Assembly: GCA_043228905.1 (NCBI GenBank)
Contig: JBHGNT010000013.1
Span: forward strand, 15,066,001-15,130,000
DNA length: 64,000 nucleotides
DNA from: Azolla caroliniana
Lineage: Eukaryota; Plantae; Polypodiophyta
Direction: 5' to 3'
Below the pieces are notes generated by a model that did not search any database, was not told where the DNA came from, and saw nothing but the letters and a program-made list of their open reading frames with translations. The position numbers and the translations under genes were made by a program. This document shows positions 49,525 through 64,000 of this stretch, one piece after another (the stretch's first letter is position 1; every line of letters starts with the position of its first letter).

Positions 49525-51630
49525 TTTAGCATAGGTTGATTAAGAATGGAGTCATTTCCAAAGTGAGGGATGCACCAGGGATGACAAGAGATAATGGGCT
49601 TTATATGTGTCAATGGCTAGCATGGTGAGATCATAATCCACAAGGCCAAGGCCTATGTGCATGATAAATTGCTATTACCCAATCTATAAATAATAGCTTT
49701 TGAAAATGGTATGGTTAGGGGCCCACTTATGTAACCCTTGATTGACTTGGTACCATGAGTATGAATGATGGGGCATAACAAAGTTGTAATTGTTCTTTGT
49801 TGATGTTCTCCTTTATAACCTCTCTTGAGTTCTAGCAGGAACAATCCCAAGCGCTGTTGGTCCCCAACCTACTCTTATTCTTATTATATACATCCTTTGT
49901 GCATTCATCCTTCACCCAAAAAACGTAGATACGCACAATGCCTTGCCAAGCCAATAGCGAATTCTCTTACTTTAGGTAAAAGTGATGGAGAGCCATAAGG
50001 GTAATAAAATATTCTTGCACCATCATTGGGTTTCAACATGTCGAAGCATTTGATGTGGCCGATTTAAGACAAACCATGATTTATCACAAATCCATGTGCA
50101 CTTCTAAGGGCAAAAAGTGCTTGCCATAATTGGTTAATTCATTCATATCTTGTAGTTGTCTCTTTTGACCAACTTCTTCATACATGGCCTCACTTAGGTC
50201 ATCTTTGGTTCATCCTTAGTTCATGTATAAAAGTATCTTAATAGTATTGTATCCCACATTGTAGCAAATCTTATGATATCATCACATAATGGTAGATATG
50301 GTCTCTTTGGAAGGTGCAAATAGGTAAGGCTCTCTAGAACCCCCTCATTTGATTCGTATCCACACATAAATTTCATCAACATTTTTATGCACTCTATCAT
50401 GGAGCTCCTTTTTTGTACAATACAACCACCTGTATGTAGCCTCTAGTGCTGGATATCCATGGTTGGGGATAAGATGTTGACCATCTATATCTTTGTACAT
50501 TGAGTAGTATACTAGCAATGCCTTGATGGATCTCTAGGTACATAATCATATATATGCTCTTGTACGTAGCCTCTAGTGCTTGATATCCATGGTTGGGGAT
50601 AAGATGTTGACCATCTATATCTTTGTACATTGAATATTATACTAGCAATGCATTGATGGATCTCTAGGTACATAATCATATATGTACTCTTGAAGGCATC
50701 TTCAAAATACTTTATCTCTTATCCTTATAGAGCCATTGCAATTCTGATCATCTTGTACAAATGTAACAACTTGCATGGATTGCTTCTACAATATCATTAG
50801 ACCTCTACCGCCAAACTTGTATGCAGTAGTTGATGCTTGATAGTTTTGCTCCATCTAGGGGCTGGTCCATGTTGAATCAAATGAATATTTGATGCCCCAA
50901 TCTTTGTTTTGGATTCTTGACATCTTCTTGTGGGCTTTTCTTTAAAACCCATCGAACAACTCGTACATGTAATGCACAAGCTTTCCTTTTGGTGGTTTGC
51001 TATAATGTAACTTTCCCTTTTATCTACCTGTGTTTCCATTTTCCTTTTCACTAGCTCTATCCAGGTTGATTGATTTAATTTCTTTTGAGCAATGCTTGGT
51101 TTAAGATTTGGCTTCTTTGACCATCATTGTCCATGTTTGCATTTACTAATTTCCATTATCTTTAATTGTGTAGATGCATTTTTCCATTGATGCTTGTTCT
51201 TGTTGTAATTCAATTATATTAAGTACTACTTCAACCTTATTTGAGGGCGTTTCATCTGTTATTTAGTTCTTGTGCGATCCTTGAGTTCTAAGGTTGATTT
51301 TTTTACAAACTCGAGGTGCCTTCAAAAATGCATTCAACTCCCTTTCCCGCTTCTTTAACTCCTTTTGTGTTTTCTCTTCCAAGGTTCTTACAATATCGTT
51401 CTCATACAATTGACCTCTTGTATAATCAAATGGCATAGCAAATTGGGCTTTCCCCTCTTTGACATCGAATGGAAATTGCAATTTGGGTGGTTTGTCTACC
51501 CTTTGAGAACTACTTGTGCTCTCATCTCATCCTTTTATTGGGGTCCTCCATTGGTTTGACTCATCTTCATAGGTGTCAATAGCGAAATTTTCATTCCTTG
51601 TCCAAGGTGTTTCATACTTGGGACAATCAG
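49525..51630. mobile_element. Highly degenerate repeat/retroelement-like region with a ~121-bp tandem duplication (50431-50692)
   Basis: The tandem duplication is read directly, and 49525-49695 resembles 37578-37745. Only broken minus-strand frames are present, with no clear catalytic motif. Confidence 0.35.
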
Positions 51631-52443
51631 TACAAATTATGCAAGAAAGATTAGGTTAAGTAAACCTTATAGAAAACATAAAGGGCAAGGATAGAGAAAG
51701 GACAGAGAAGGTAGGAACACAAAGATTAAGTTAACATTACAAAAATGTAGAGCTTAGGTTATATACATTCCCTCAAAAAATTATTAATAAATAGAAAGTA
51801 CAACATTGCCATGATGTGACATGAGACACATGCTTAAGATTATGGATGGGTGAGAACTTAGAAGGCATACATTGTTTCCAGAAATTGTAATCATTGTATG
51901 TTATGAAGATTGTGTTTATATTTGCTTCATTGAAATTATTCATGACTTATCAGAAAACTTTCCTTTGATAACTGGTGGCTTGCATATTATCAGAAAACTT
52001 TCCTTTGACATCTTATAATGATTATCAATTCCCTCCAATCCTGCAAATATTCCTATTGAGTCGCAGACATTGAACCATTGCAGTTCGTATAAAAAGAATA
52101 TGAAACAAATGAAGGAAAACACAATTACCTTTCTTTCCATCTACCTTTCCTTTTATCTGCTCTTCTATTTTTTCATGAGTCAAACATGTGTACAAACAAA
52201 AGAAAACAGTAATCGAAAGATAAATGATCTCATATCCAGATTTGTTGGCACATGTGCGATGAATCAAACATCTTGAGGATAGGACATCGTAGATCTTGGG
52301 TATTAATTAATTTAATGTCTCTAAAGACCTTATTTCCAATCTGCTCTTAACATTATAGAAACTCAAATATCTCTGAGCAATAATCTCACTTTCTTCAATA
52401 AATTCACGCACATATGTACAGAAATTAAAACAAAACTGAAGCT

Positions 52444-55430
52444 TCAAGTTGGAATAAAATCCTCGTCAGGATCAAAAAACCCAGCTAATAAACTGACCAC
52501 AACCCAAAGCATAAGGAAACCTATGATAATAGCACGGAGCATCACATTAAATTTATTATATGACATTAGATCATCTCTTGAAACTAGATCCTCTTCTCTG
52601 GAAGCATCCACATCAATGCCATTGTTGGAATTGAAGCTATGCTGATTTTCTCCGCTGATGAGCTGCAAATGTGCAACCCTAGGAATTGACATAGCTTGGT
52701 TACATTTGGAACAAGAACAATTCCCACCTAAAAATTTGGGCAATGAGTTGTGACCTCCATAATGTTCAGCTAGAGCATTGGAATAGTTCTCCCCTTCAAT
52801 ATGTATCTTCCTTTTTGTTGTCGGTTTTAATACCTGCAAAAGTTGATCGACATAGCGTTTTTGTGAAACATACTTAGTCTTATGTGAAATAAACATAGTT
52901 AAATAGGAATCATAGAGCACTTCACACTACAAGAGCTTCTTTTAAAGCTACCTTTATGGTCATTTTTATGCAAATGGAGCTTTTTTACTAAGTACAGCAA
53001 CCTGTCCAATACCTGAATAATGGCTAGAGCAATCATTCGAACAACTGGAGGGAGATTAAAAACAAAGAGTGCAGCAAGTCGAGTCGGGTAGTTCTCTTGT
53101 ACTCGAGTACAGCACGACTTCAACATGTTGACTGGGAAACCTAGTGCAGGTGCCCCTTCACAGTCTATTATCACTGTAACTCTTGGATCATCTTCGCAAA
53201 GCAGATGTATCATTCCGTATTCAACCTGAGACACTGATATGGAACCTTTTAAGAACGCTTAGTGTTATAAAAATATAAAGTTCTTAGAAGATAGAAAAAA
53301 TGGGTGACGAAAAATAAAAGCAAAGAGAAAGGAAATTGAAAAGAGCCTCAAAAGGTTCAGGCCTAAAGAGAAATTGTTGTTTTGCTCCCCGACCACTGTC
53401 TGGTTGCAGGAATGTAGCACATCCACAAAGATGATAATAAAAATAGGTCATGTTTGAAATTGAACAATAATCAAGCTAACAGAAGGGTGTTGGTTTATTT
53501 AAACTCGAAAGCATAGCTATGCAACCGTTAATATTTGGGAATATGGCTTGCACATGAAATTGTGAAAAAAGTAAAACTCTTACAAATAGCTTGAACAAAT
53601 CTCGGGCGTTGATCGGCCGCTAGGATTGAATATGCCCAGCCAATGCGCACCACAAGTGATGGTCTCATCTGCATATCATACCCATGCCAAAATACAAGGC
53701 ATGACCAGTTTTCCAGTTCATATGGTGAAAGAAAATAGAATGTTTCACGCCATTTAATATTTCTCTTGATTAATGCTGCACATCTCTTTACATTATTCTT
53801 TGCTGCTATGAGAAACCTTTCTAAGTCATTATCCCCTATCCTGCAGTATAATTAACATCTGAGCACATTTTCCATTCCAGTAATCTATATCAGAAAAAAA
53901 TTAAACTAACTATTTCTTTACCTTTCAGGGAGGATAATCCCGGATTTGTACAAGTATTCCTTTAACAAGATAAGACTATTAGGACTACATTCCAATGCCT
54001 CCAGAGTTGTTTCATCACTGAAAATGGAAAGCAGAATTCACTTTTAGTACTTTATAAAGTTAGCAGACCCTGTAAGTTCCAGGAAAACAGTATTCACTTT
54101 TAGTACTTTGTAAGTTCAAGGAAAACTTGTTTTGCTCTTAGTAAATACAATAATGCATTGTTGGCTTACAGCAAACCTTTCTATGTTATCTCTAAATGTG
54201 ACTGCAGGTACTATTGCTCCATACTCTGAATCTGGTGGATCCTCATGAAAAGTCTGGATTTGTGTGACTGGGGATTCCTCGGTACATCTCATCTCATCAA
54301 GTTTTTCTGTGATTCTAGTGGCAATTGAGAGAAACATGATTGGCTTCGAGAACATCTGAGAATCCACTTAAATTTTCAAAAATCAATACTTTTAAAAGAG
54401 GCATAAAATGATTTGCAATACAGTTTTGCACATCATGGATAGCTCCAATTTTCTACTACAAGCACCTCAAAATTGAAATGTACAATTTATTTTGAGCGTT
54501 CTCTTCCACAAAAGTGCAATTTGAAAGAAAATTACTTAGAACATGCCTGAACCAGTTCATTTAGATCTATCTAGAATAATGTGTTTCAACTTTATATCCA
54601 TAAAAAGAAACCACATTACATTGTAAGTATCTAGCTAGAATGAAATGTTTCCATCCATGCAAAGCAATATAAGATACATTTCCTGTTTCTATCTAAAATT
54701 ACATCTTTCATTCATCAAAAGAAATGCAAATTCCATTTTAAGACTCGTAATTTAAGCCCATCTTTATGAAAAAGAATGCAGTAAGGGCAATAAGGAAAGG
54801 ATATATTTGCACGAGATCCAAAAAAACAATAAAAGGGAATGTAACATATATTTATCGTCTACATCAATCTATTTTTACATATAAGACTCTAGAATGATGT
54901 TTTTTCATTTACGGAAATGAGATAAACTGCATTACAGATCTCCAAAGTGATATATGGGCTTTTGTCCATGAAAAAGAATTTGAAAAAGGAACAATAGAGA
55001 TAGGAGAGGATGGATGCACCTGAGATCCCATAAGAATATAGCTGAAAGGAATCCATTGATGCAGCCATGAAAAGGGAGGGAGCTGGAGCAGAGGAAGGCT
55101 TTGAATAACAGACCAAAGTGAAGGACAACTAGTTTGGGTATGTCTTCTGATGATCTCAAGAGCACCCACTTTAATAGCAAAACTCAGGAGCTGTCTTCCA
55201 CTATCACTGTTTATCTTCGTTCTCCTGAGAGATAGAATGGGCTGAAAGGCACTATTTACAAGAGCATTCCCAATCGACCTAAACCCTAACTCTGACTTAT
55301 TATCCTCCTCCTCCACCTCCTTCACCTTCTTCTTCTTCATCACCATCATCATCGGGGTCCTCTGTTCTGCAGGAATATCGTTGGGTCTCTGCTGCTCTTC
55401 CCCCATGGATAGCTCCGGAGACTCATTCAT
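52444..55430 (-). CDS. CRAL-TRIO (Sec14-like) domain protein with C-terminal transmembrane helix
   Basis: Exons at about 55430-55020, 54299-54176, 54017-53922, 53840-53584, 53233-53013 and 52833-52444. Motifs LERFLIAAKNNV..CAALI..NIKWRE, VFWHGYD..MRPSL, DCEG, VQENYPTRLAALFVFNLP and VLKPTTKRKI, with a hydrophobic tail AIIIGFLMLWVVVSLLAGF. Confidence 0.88.
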
Positions 55431-56599
55431 TGCATTAGTAAGTCTTCTTCTTGCTTACTCTTCTTCTTTTTTCTTTTCTTTGTGTTTTTTTTTTGTAAAT
55501 CTATATGTTCGTTATTAAAACAAGATGACAAAATACAACCCCTTTGGCTATGTCCAATTTTTTTTTGTGTGATATGGCCACCCAAATGGCTTTAGCAACT
55601 ACACATCTAATGAACCTATATTCTTAATGAACCTATATTCTGTTATGTATGTCCGAAAGGCCATCATTTTCCTACGTGACTCTAAGATAAGCCATCTTCC
55701 ACAGTTACCTAAGCCCAGCCTCGCCATTCGATTGAACTGCGAATTCGAATTTTCTTTTCCATCCCCATTGTAATATCCTTGACGTTGCCAAAGAATTACT
55801 ATCTTTTTCTGCACTTCAGGGGGTGTCTCCAATCAAACAGTTTCAAACATCGCGGCCGAGACAACACTAATATTTGGACCATAATAGACTCCGAGCATTT
55901 AAATGAACGAGTACTATTAACAGCATGCCACCATGACGCTGTAATTCTCGTTTTCCCATCATTGGTAGATACCAACTTTTCCTACAAAATAACCAATTAT
56001 TTCTGCCCAAGGTTGGGGCCTATGCACATACATTTTAAAAGATTGAATCTTCAAGCCACCATATGATCTTCTAAACTTAGTAATGCAGCTCCCACTAACC
56101 GTTTTGGGGTACATATATTGTTCCATGATACCCAACTCATACCAATTTTTTACTCTTTCTTCCACAATGTATATTTAACTGAACGTGTTAATTGATCAAG
56201 TGATTTCTTTGTCTGAGGTAATAATGGCAAAAAGTAACAACAACAAGAAGGAGAGTAAACCTTCTTCTTCTTCATTTGTTAGTTATTGAGAAGACATAGG
56301 TCTTCAATTACTAATGAAGAATGAGGTGAGTAGAGCACGCCATGAATTTATGCATCTCAATCTATGTCTAAACATTCAATCATGGATGATCCTAAGCAAA
56401 CTACTTGGGTTTCATTGGTTATGGAAGTTCTTAAGTTGGATGTATGAACATAGGTATATGGGAATGATCTAGGTTTTACCTTCCAATCTGCTCAACATAG
56501 ATAGACATGCAGTCGGTTACATAGAATGTATGCGATGCATGATGATTTGGCTAGTCCACGTCACTTTAGAGCTCATACCATACGCCATTGTCACACCCA

Positions 56600-56680
56600 T
56601 TGTAAGTAGTGTTTTTCACACACATATATTAATATAATTGTGTGTTTTCACTAAGAGAGAGAGAGAGAGAGAGAGAGAGA
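56600..56680 (+). repeat. (GA)n tract preceded by a motif matching the 3' end of L1 copy 1
   Basis: attaatataattgtgtgttttcactaa(ga)n here versus attaatataattgtgtgcttttaccaaa(ga)n at 12552-12602. Confidence 0.6.
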
Positions 56681-58049
56681 CTAAGAACTTGTATCATTAC
56701 AAGATTCCAAATAGCATGTAGCCAACATTATATGCAATAGAGGATCTTGGTTTACAAAGACATTGTATGGAAGTACACAGAAGTTAAGATCAATCTAGTA
56801 ATGATAGGAAAGTGAGAGGGATATGTACAACATCTACTTCATCAACTACAGCACATGTATACACAATGGTAAACTTAACACACATACACAATATATGTGG
56901 TTGAGCTTGTTATTTCAACACACTATTTCAAGCTATGAACTTGGATTTCCACCTCTCACCCCTAGTGTTCTTTCACTCCCCCTTCAAGCTGAGGAGATTA
57001 CATGAACGTAGGCCAACTATTGTTGAGAAATTACTACTCTTCTCTACAATGACATACTCACCTTAAGGGTTGGAGAAAGGTCCTACATTCCAATATCATA
57101 GGGCATTGCATCTCCTCATGCATGGTCTCATCCCATTAGTTTGAAGATGGTCATTGTTGCATATGTCGGTTTGTGAATCGTCTTAGCCAACCTAGATCAC
57201 TAGATTCTTCTCCCAAGTTGAGTGATATATTTGTTTCTAAGCCTTTTTACGACCTTCTACACTCGGGATGTGTAGATCATGCGAGCTACAAAATAACTCA
57301 CAAGGACCATACCAACACCAAATCATTGCTTGGTATGTTCAATTTGCAAGGACACAAAATACACTCGATGAACTTCGCAATACCCTTGCTCCATTGCACC
57401 AACCAACTTCAATTACAATGTCCAATCACCACTAAACCCATACATACCATCTATCAATTTCATGTTAAACCATGTTCAAAATCATTTCAGCACATCATCA
57501 TAATGGAGCTTTAGGAAACTTTTTGTTTAAATATGTACCATATAAATTCACCCATATTTGTAATCATGATTTGTTTTATAGGCCAATCGTGGCATTTAGT
57601 TATACTAGAGTAGTTTCAATTCAGATAACACAAACTCACTCATATACTTGTATTATAATTTGTCTCATATACCTAGTGGAGATTTTAAGTCAATCGCGTA
57701 TGTGGAAGGGGTAAAACCTTGATTATCTCTATTCAATCTCAATTCCGTTAGTGCATAAGAGAGGAAAGAATATGAAGGCATTTGCAGGAAAATGCCATTC
57801 ACGATATTGCCCACAAACAATCTTCCATTCAAATCAAGATTAGTAGAGTGCAGAAACAGCTCAATTTACAGAAGAAGAGTGACATCTCTGTTACCCTTAC
57901 AAGTGAGAAATGTCGCAAGCGAAAGCTTTAAAGGAGCCACTGATCCTTTACATCCTCAACTGAATTTGTTGGGAACTATTCCCCGGTTCTTCCTCAACAT
58001 ATCCAAGATACATACCAAAACTTTAATCTTCTTTGTGAAAGACAGAGCA

Positions 58050-61000
58050 TCAAGAAGTCTCTGACGGAGCTTCAGATGGGGCAAGTACTTGGTGTGGTCG
58101 TTCCTTACTAATAGTCTCAGAGTATGTAGTACGCATTGGTGCATCCACAACGGAATAATCCTCCTCTGATGGCTTTTTCCAGGTATAAAGAGCAGCATCA
58201 ATCCATCTAGGATGCACCAAGTGGCACTTATTTTCAAGTGCCCATTTGGATTTCTCTGTTCCTTTGTCTAGAGCCACTACATGAGTTACTGACGAATCCA
58301 ATGAAGTTGTACATATTGCTCCAAGGTTCTCAGCAAGGCGCCAACATTGATGTGTTTCAGGAGAAGCCAAACTTGTGGGGAATATCCTACTGAATATAAG
58401 TTTACATCCAGCTAGCACTCTTGATCTTATACTCTGGATTATCTGGAACATAAACCAGCATCCACATGGTTACATTACAACAATAAGAAATCAGACAAAT
58501 AAACAAACTACCTCTCTAACATCTGTTCTCGCTTTATAATAGTGAGTTTCTCCTGTTTCATCCTGTACAAATAATCAACTTTCCAGAATAAGCATAATGA
58601 TCCCAAATGCCTAAATCAATAGTCAGGAATGTAGTTATCCCCTCCACATATTTAAGTATACGAGGAGTATGGTGTCTATTTCAGGTGAAATTCCCATATA
58701 ATTAAAAACCTTATTCAAAAACATAACTTTTAAAGAAGCTGTGAGCCACTCACTATCCTAGTGACCCCAAATGACATGCACAGATTTGTATTCACAGCTA
58801 TCATCCATCGAAGCATGTTTGTGCTAATGAAATGTTTGGTTTGGCCATTTATCCCAAGGGTGGTGTTTTGTCTTGCAGAACTTCTAAGTGACATAATTGA
58901 ACTTAAGGGTTCCATTCAAATGCATGAATCAAATTGTGAAGGAGATGTAATAGAAAAAGTATAGGCAAATAGTAGACAAATATACATAAATATTGTTTTT
59001 TCAAGTGAGCACAATGGTAGTTCATAAAAGAATGTTGCTATTAGTCTTATATTTTTGCAAGCTTGGAGGTGGGATAACAGTACCTCATATTTTCCCTCAA
59101 AGTAGGCAGTGTGCACCCGACGTAGAAGGTCTAATGTGTTTGCTAGTGTGCCATTATCTTCACTCTCGTCCTTCTCTGCCTCGAGCAAAGATGCACTAGC
59201 AATCCCAAACTGTTTACAACTTGACCCAAAGAAATGGTATCTCTCCATCAGCACCAAGTTTGATCTATGCTTTGGCCAGACCTGAAGATGAAGTTATTAT
59301 ATGAGTCAGGTATGCACATAAAAAAACCAGGTAACCATTCTATACAGAAAATAACGGAGAAACTATGCATATGCACATATAATGCCATAATGCCAAATAG
59401 TTAATCAATTGCATGAAAAAAATGCAACAAAAATTGAACAGTGGCTTGGCAACCTCACCCCTTCAGTGTCATCAAGAATGACTACTGCGGATTCTGATCC
59501 AAGCATTATATCAAGATCCTTGGTCGTTCGGCATGTACTATCACTTTGCGATATTACTCGGCTTCCGAAAAACCGTCCACTTGGATCCAAGAGGTGGGCC
59601 ATAGCCTGTGCATAAATCCGTTCACCCATTGTATAAACATACATCTCATACATTCCACCTGCTGCCTCGAGAAACTGATGAACAAACGGGCGAAGCTTAG
59701 TCCACATATGCAGGTTCTGCAGATTATGAAGACTAGAGCCCTTACTTTGAGGTTTCTCCTCACTTTCACATGTTGCTGTTGGAAAAGTGAAGTTAAAACA
59801 TTATATCCAACATTTCAAGAAAAACACGCACACATACTCTTTATTCCATATCAGTCTAGAAATGAGTTGATAGACTTATGATACACAGCAGACTGAGCCC
59901 CATATGGTCAGTTATAGCTTATGACACCATGTAGCTTTTCTGGAGTCTTACCATCAGGAGCATTTCTATCTTGATTAGAGCAGTAGACAGAACAGAGATA
60001 GGCATATTCATCAGGTGTAACTTCAGCAAATCTAGCCGAGTTGAGTAAAGTGTGATCCAGATCAAGTACTAGATAAAGCTTCTTATTTGATAGAACTCTT
60101 TCAAGTTCATTGCCTCTTATTCGATCTGCCTCTAAACGAGATACCTCCAAACCCTACAAAAAGTTGGTCAAATACTCAGTTTAGAATATAATTGTTGACA
60201 GTAAAGAAAAAATCGTAGTCTAACCTGATGAATATAGCGAAGTGCTACACCATCTTCACCATTGGAGTCATCAGCAGGTTTGTGCATTCCACATCGTATA
60301 CAAACATCCCATATAAACCCAGGATGAGGTGGGCAGATCTTCTTCATATGCATACCTGACAAAAGAACACCAAATAAATGGGTGAGAATTGAAAAAATAC
60401 AGTTTGTTAACTAGTTTAAATAGACAAAGAAATATACCATTCTGTTCATTAAATATTTGATCATCACTGGAAGAATCAACTGTGGGTATGAGCTTGGATG
60501 TTTCATTCTCTGGTTGCTTCCTTTTTTTTCCTATTCTGTAAATCGAGATTAAAACAGCCAAATTTTAAATACAAAAAGGTAGCCATAAGCAACTTGAAAC
60601 TCTCTTCATTTCCAAATTTTACAAGTGAAACTGTAAAAAAAGCAAATGACCACTAGAACCAACAGAATATGTATAATTAGATTAATTAGGATAAATTACT
60701 ATAAAGGTTGTAAGCATAAAAATTACTGCTTTAGAGACACTGCTCAGTTCAAATATTTTCAATGTAATGTATAGATGTGTAAGTCTCTGTATATATAATA
60801 TATACACATATACGCACATAGATACATGTATTATCATCATTGCCGGTATCAAAACAAAGGAAATGGGTTTTATCATATCCAACATTAGGGAACCATAAGA
60901 AAAGTTGAAGTCCATATATGTATTTGCATCTATATAGAGAGAGATTACATAAGATAAATCACGCTAAGATCTAATTAATTCACAAAAAAAAATCGATTTT

Positions 61001-61712
61001 AACTTAAATACAAGATAGAAATATAAAACTTGATGATCAGTTAGAAAATGAAGAAGTTAAGACAAACAAGGACATGTCTACAAGGTAGAATAGTTCCAAA
61101 CAGATACAATGAGTGCAATGTGCATTGTGTCCTTAGGAGAATCTGCCAAAGAGAGGGATTAGATGAAACTAGGTTGCCAAATCATACATTATAGAGGTGA
61201 TGGAAGGAACCAAGTCAAGTCGATATTGAAAAACATTTCAGTTCAGTTTTTACAGTCTTTGTTTCAAAAGTACATCAAAACCCCTTCTTAAACTGAAACC
61301 ATGTTAGAAAAAAAAAACTAGCTGGAAACTGTAGGGAACAACTTATTATATCCCACATTCGAGACAATTGTTTTCTACAAGTATCATATACATGTGTGTG
61401 TCATTCTATCTATATACATATATCTGCATATGCATGAGTGCATGTACATACACATAGCTCCCTCTCTCTTTTCAGTTCTAAACGCCAAAAATAAGAGAGG
61501 ATTTAGGTGTATCACATTTTAGATTTAGAGTTTCAAACAAAAGTATTTAAACAATACAAGAAAGGAGATGAATACATTTCATACATAGTCTGTTCTTGGT
61601 CACTCTCCTGTGATGTGGTATGTCCTTCTGAATCTGAATTTGTTTCGGACTGCAGCTCTGCATCTAGAAATGCAGCAAAATCTTCACTTCCAGGTGATGA
61701 TGGCAAGCTCAT
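58050..61712 (-). CDS. CPL4: RNA polymerase II CTD phosphatase-like (FCP1 family; HAD domain plus BRCT), multi-exon
   Basis: Start MSLPSSPGSEDFAAFLDAEL, then CPPHPGF...CIRCG, KKLYLVLDLDHTLLNS, MWTKLRPFV, YTMGERIYA, VVILDDT, ERYHFF and BRCT THVVA..GTEK..WA...VHPRWI. The 5' UTR intron probably extends toward the window end. Confidence 0.92.
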
Positions 61713-64000
61713 ATTCTGTACACAAAGAAAGCAATCACTGTCAAAAACATGTTGAAATCTATTAATTTGCTATAACCACTTGGTTCTTCAGACATAAGTA
61801 GAATTTTATGCATTGTAAACAACCGTTGAAACTAGGATTGCAGACAATCACCAGCAGCAATTACCACTCTGGCAAATATTATACATGCATAAGTGTTCTG
61901 CTCCAGGACGTGCATGTGTCATTATACAAAAATATGTATATACATACAAACATACACATATACACACACAAATATGTCTGTTGTGTATGTACATACGTAC
62001 ATATGTATGTCAGCATGCATGCATGTAGGTACTATGTACACACATATGGATGTCATGCATGTAAATACATATGTACATATATGCATAATTACTTCATAAT
62101 AGTTTCCATTTAACTTGAATATAAACGTTGAATCATAGACACTCAATGACCAACTATAAGCGAAGTGTGGGGTCTTCAAAATCCTGTTTTCTGTGACCAT
62201 AAAAAAGACTGGATAATAACATAAACCAATTAAAGATGTTCATTTTTTTTTTGTAACAGATTTTGATACAGATCTCAGTCCTTTCTTCTCAGGATCTTTG
62301 TTTCCAAAAGAATCTAGAAATGGAATCACTGAGAAGGTTATAACTTAAGTCCAAAAAATGGGAGAAAGAAACCTGCCTTTATCTAGAAGTGGTATCTTCT
62401 TTGTGTTCTTGTGGACGAGGACCCAACAGCTTCCTCTGTCATAACTGCAACTCAAGCTTCTCTACCAAGCCAAGTTCGAATGTTTTACAGGTGTAGGCAT
62501 GGTAGCAAAAAATTTGACTTCTATACATTGGATCAACAATAAACCATATTGGAGTATTTCAAAGCTCAACGGCTGCTAATAGACAAAAAAATCAAGAATT
62601 AAGTAATAATTAGAAGCTGATTAAGGAAAAAATTCTGATTGTTCTTTCATTTTCTTAGCAATCAACTATTTTGCAGAATGAGTATTTAACGTTCCATAAA
62701 TTGTGGAATTTCAAGCAATTGATGAATACTTTTTTCTCACAGGGAGGTAAAGGCAAGACACAGAAAAGAAGTGTGGCCAAAGGCATGGATAATTAGAAGT
62801 AAATACTAAGGGATCTTGAGATAGAGGATTAGTTTTGAAGTTTGTGGCATGATGTTGGAAGAGAAACACCCCATTGTAATAAGAGAAGTGATTTCTACTG
62901 CATAAGATGATACAGTATAGTTTGATGTTTAGTGACATATGAACTACGAATATGTGTGATTAGATAGTACAAAAACATTCATGCCAGTATCCCTCTCTTG
63001 GGAGCTCCACCCCCTGCGAACAATTTGCATTTGCGAGAATCTGGAAACATTCGTATATGTGATCTTCATGATCCAATAGGGTAGCAAGGACAAGCGCCAT
63101 ACTTAATTCAAGAAAAGTTCCCCTAATGGCCCCTCAATTATTCAAAATTTGGGCTATTGACATCATTAATCAGCTACAGAATATGCCAAAAAAACTCCAA
63201 AGAGAAAGGAAAAAATAGCACGTACAGTCCTTAGTCATTGAAACCAAGGAATCTAGGAAAATACAAAATGTAATCTCAGGAAATGCTCAGAAACTTACGA
63301 GTACTTTGGAATTTTTCCAAAGCGTGCTTTTATCTTCGACATTACCATCTCCATGGTCCTTATCTATGAACAGAAAAAAAAAATGTCTTCTCTATCTATG
63401 GACAGGAAAATGGTTTCCTTATCTACGAACAGAGAAAAATGAAATAGTTGTTACTCACCAGAAAAAAATGTATTTTCTTTTTTTTGTTGTTTCTTTCCTT
63501 AAACCTACAACGAGCAGAACAAAATTTGAAGAAAAGACAAGGATGAAGATCGCACCTCAAAATTAAAAGCAGGAAGGTATGCAGTGAAGACGAATGGGTA
63601 GGGGAACAATTCTTTTGCTGAAAATTTGCTAATAACAGGGGACACTGAAATGAAGCTTTCTCTGAACAGGCCAGGCCAGGCTCTTTGAACTGGCACGTCC
63701 CTCTCGCTCACGCTCAGACATCGATCGAGGGAGGCAAGACGACCGAGATTACTCTGTTTCATATTTCAAACCTATTTATACTCATTCTTTCTATCTGTCT
63801 CTGTTTCTCTGTTTCTTCCTTTTACCCCTTCCCACATTTTGGGAAATCACCCACATACCCCTCTGCTTTTATGTTTTTTACCGTAATACCCCTCTCTCAA
63901 GCTAGGTGATAAGATACTCTTCTTTTATGGGGGGGGGGGGGGGGGGGGGGGCCTTTGCCGATCGAGAACCTAATCCGATAGATCAGATTACTTAGCTCTC

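Noticed and set aside
61808-62200. His/Tyr/Met-rich ORFs
   Set aside because: Translation of alternating purine-pyrimidine low-complexity intron sequence.
63929-63951. Poly-G run as a G-quadruplex regulator
   Set aside because: A simple homopolymer of uncertain length at the window edge, with no supporting context.

Overview
Nuclear DNA of a land plant. A fern or other seed-free vascular plant is inferred from the long intronless PLS-PPR genes and the Tcn1-like chromovirus. Six host genes are recognisable: TOM1-like (799-4114, +), PUM24/Puf6-like (33670-41665, +), two head-to-head PLS-E PPR genes (44040-47417, - and 47608-49212, +), a CRAL-TRIO/Sec14-like gene (52444-55430, -) and a CPL4-like CTD phosphatase (58050-61712, -). 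Between the first two lies a ~26.4-kb nested transposon block (7117-33529) flanked on both sides by (CATA)n. It appears to be two tandem long-TIR MULE-like units. Unit B has MULE transposase and C2H2/Ulp1 protease remnants. Unit A contains three LINE fragments, a hAT MITE, a full-length chromovirus with a self-priming-type PBS, a solo-LTR-like insert with tRNA-like boxes and a cold-shock protein gene fragment. Most notably, unit A also holds an intron-containing, prokaryote-type beta-class N6A/N4C DNA methyltransferase pseudogene (about 22263-23552). All calls were made by eye from sequence motifs and no database search was run.
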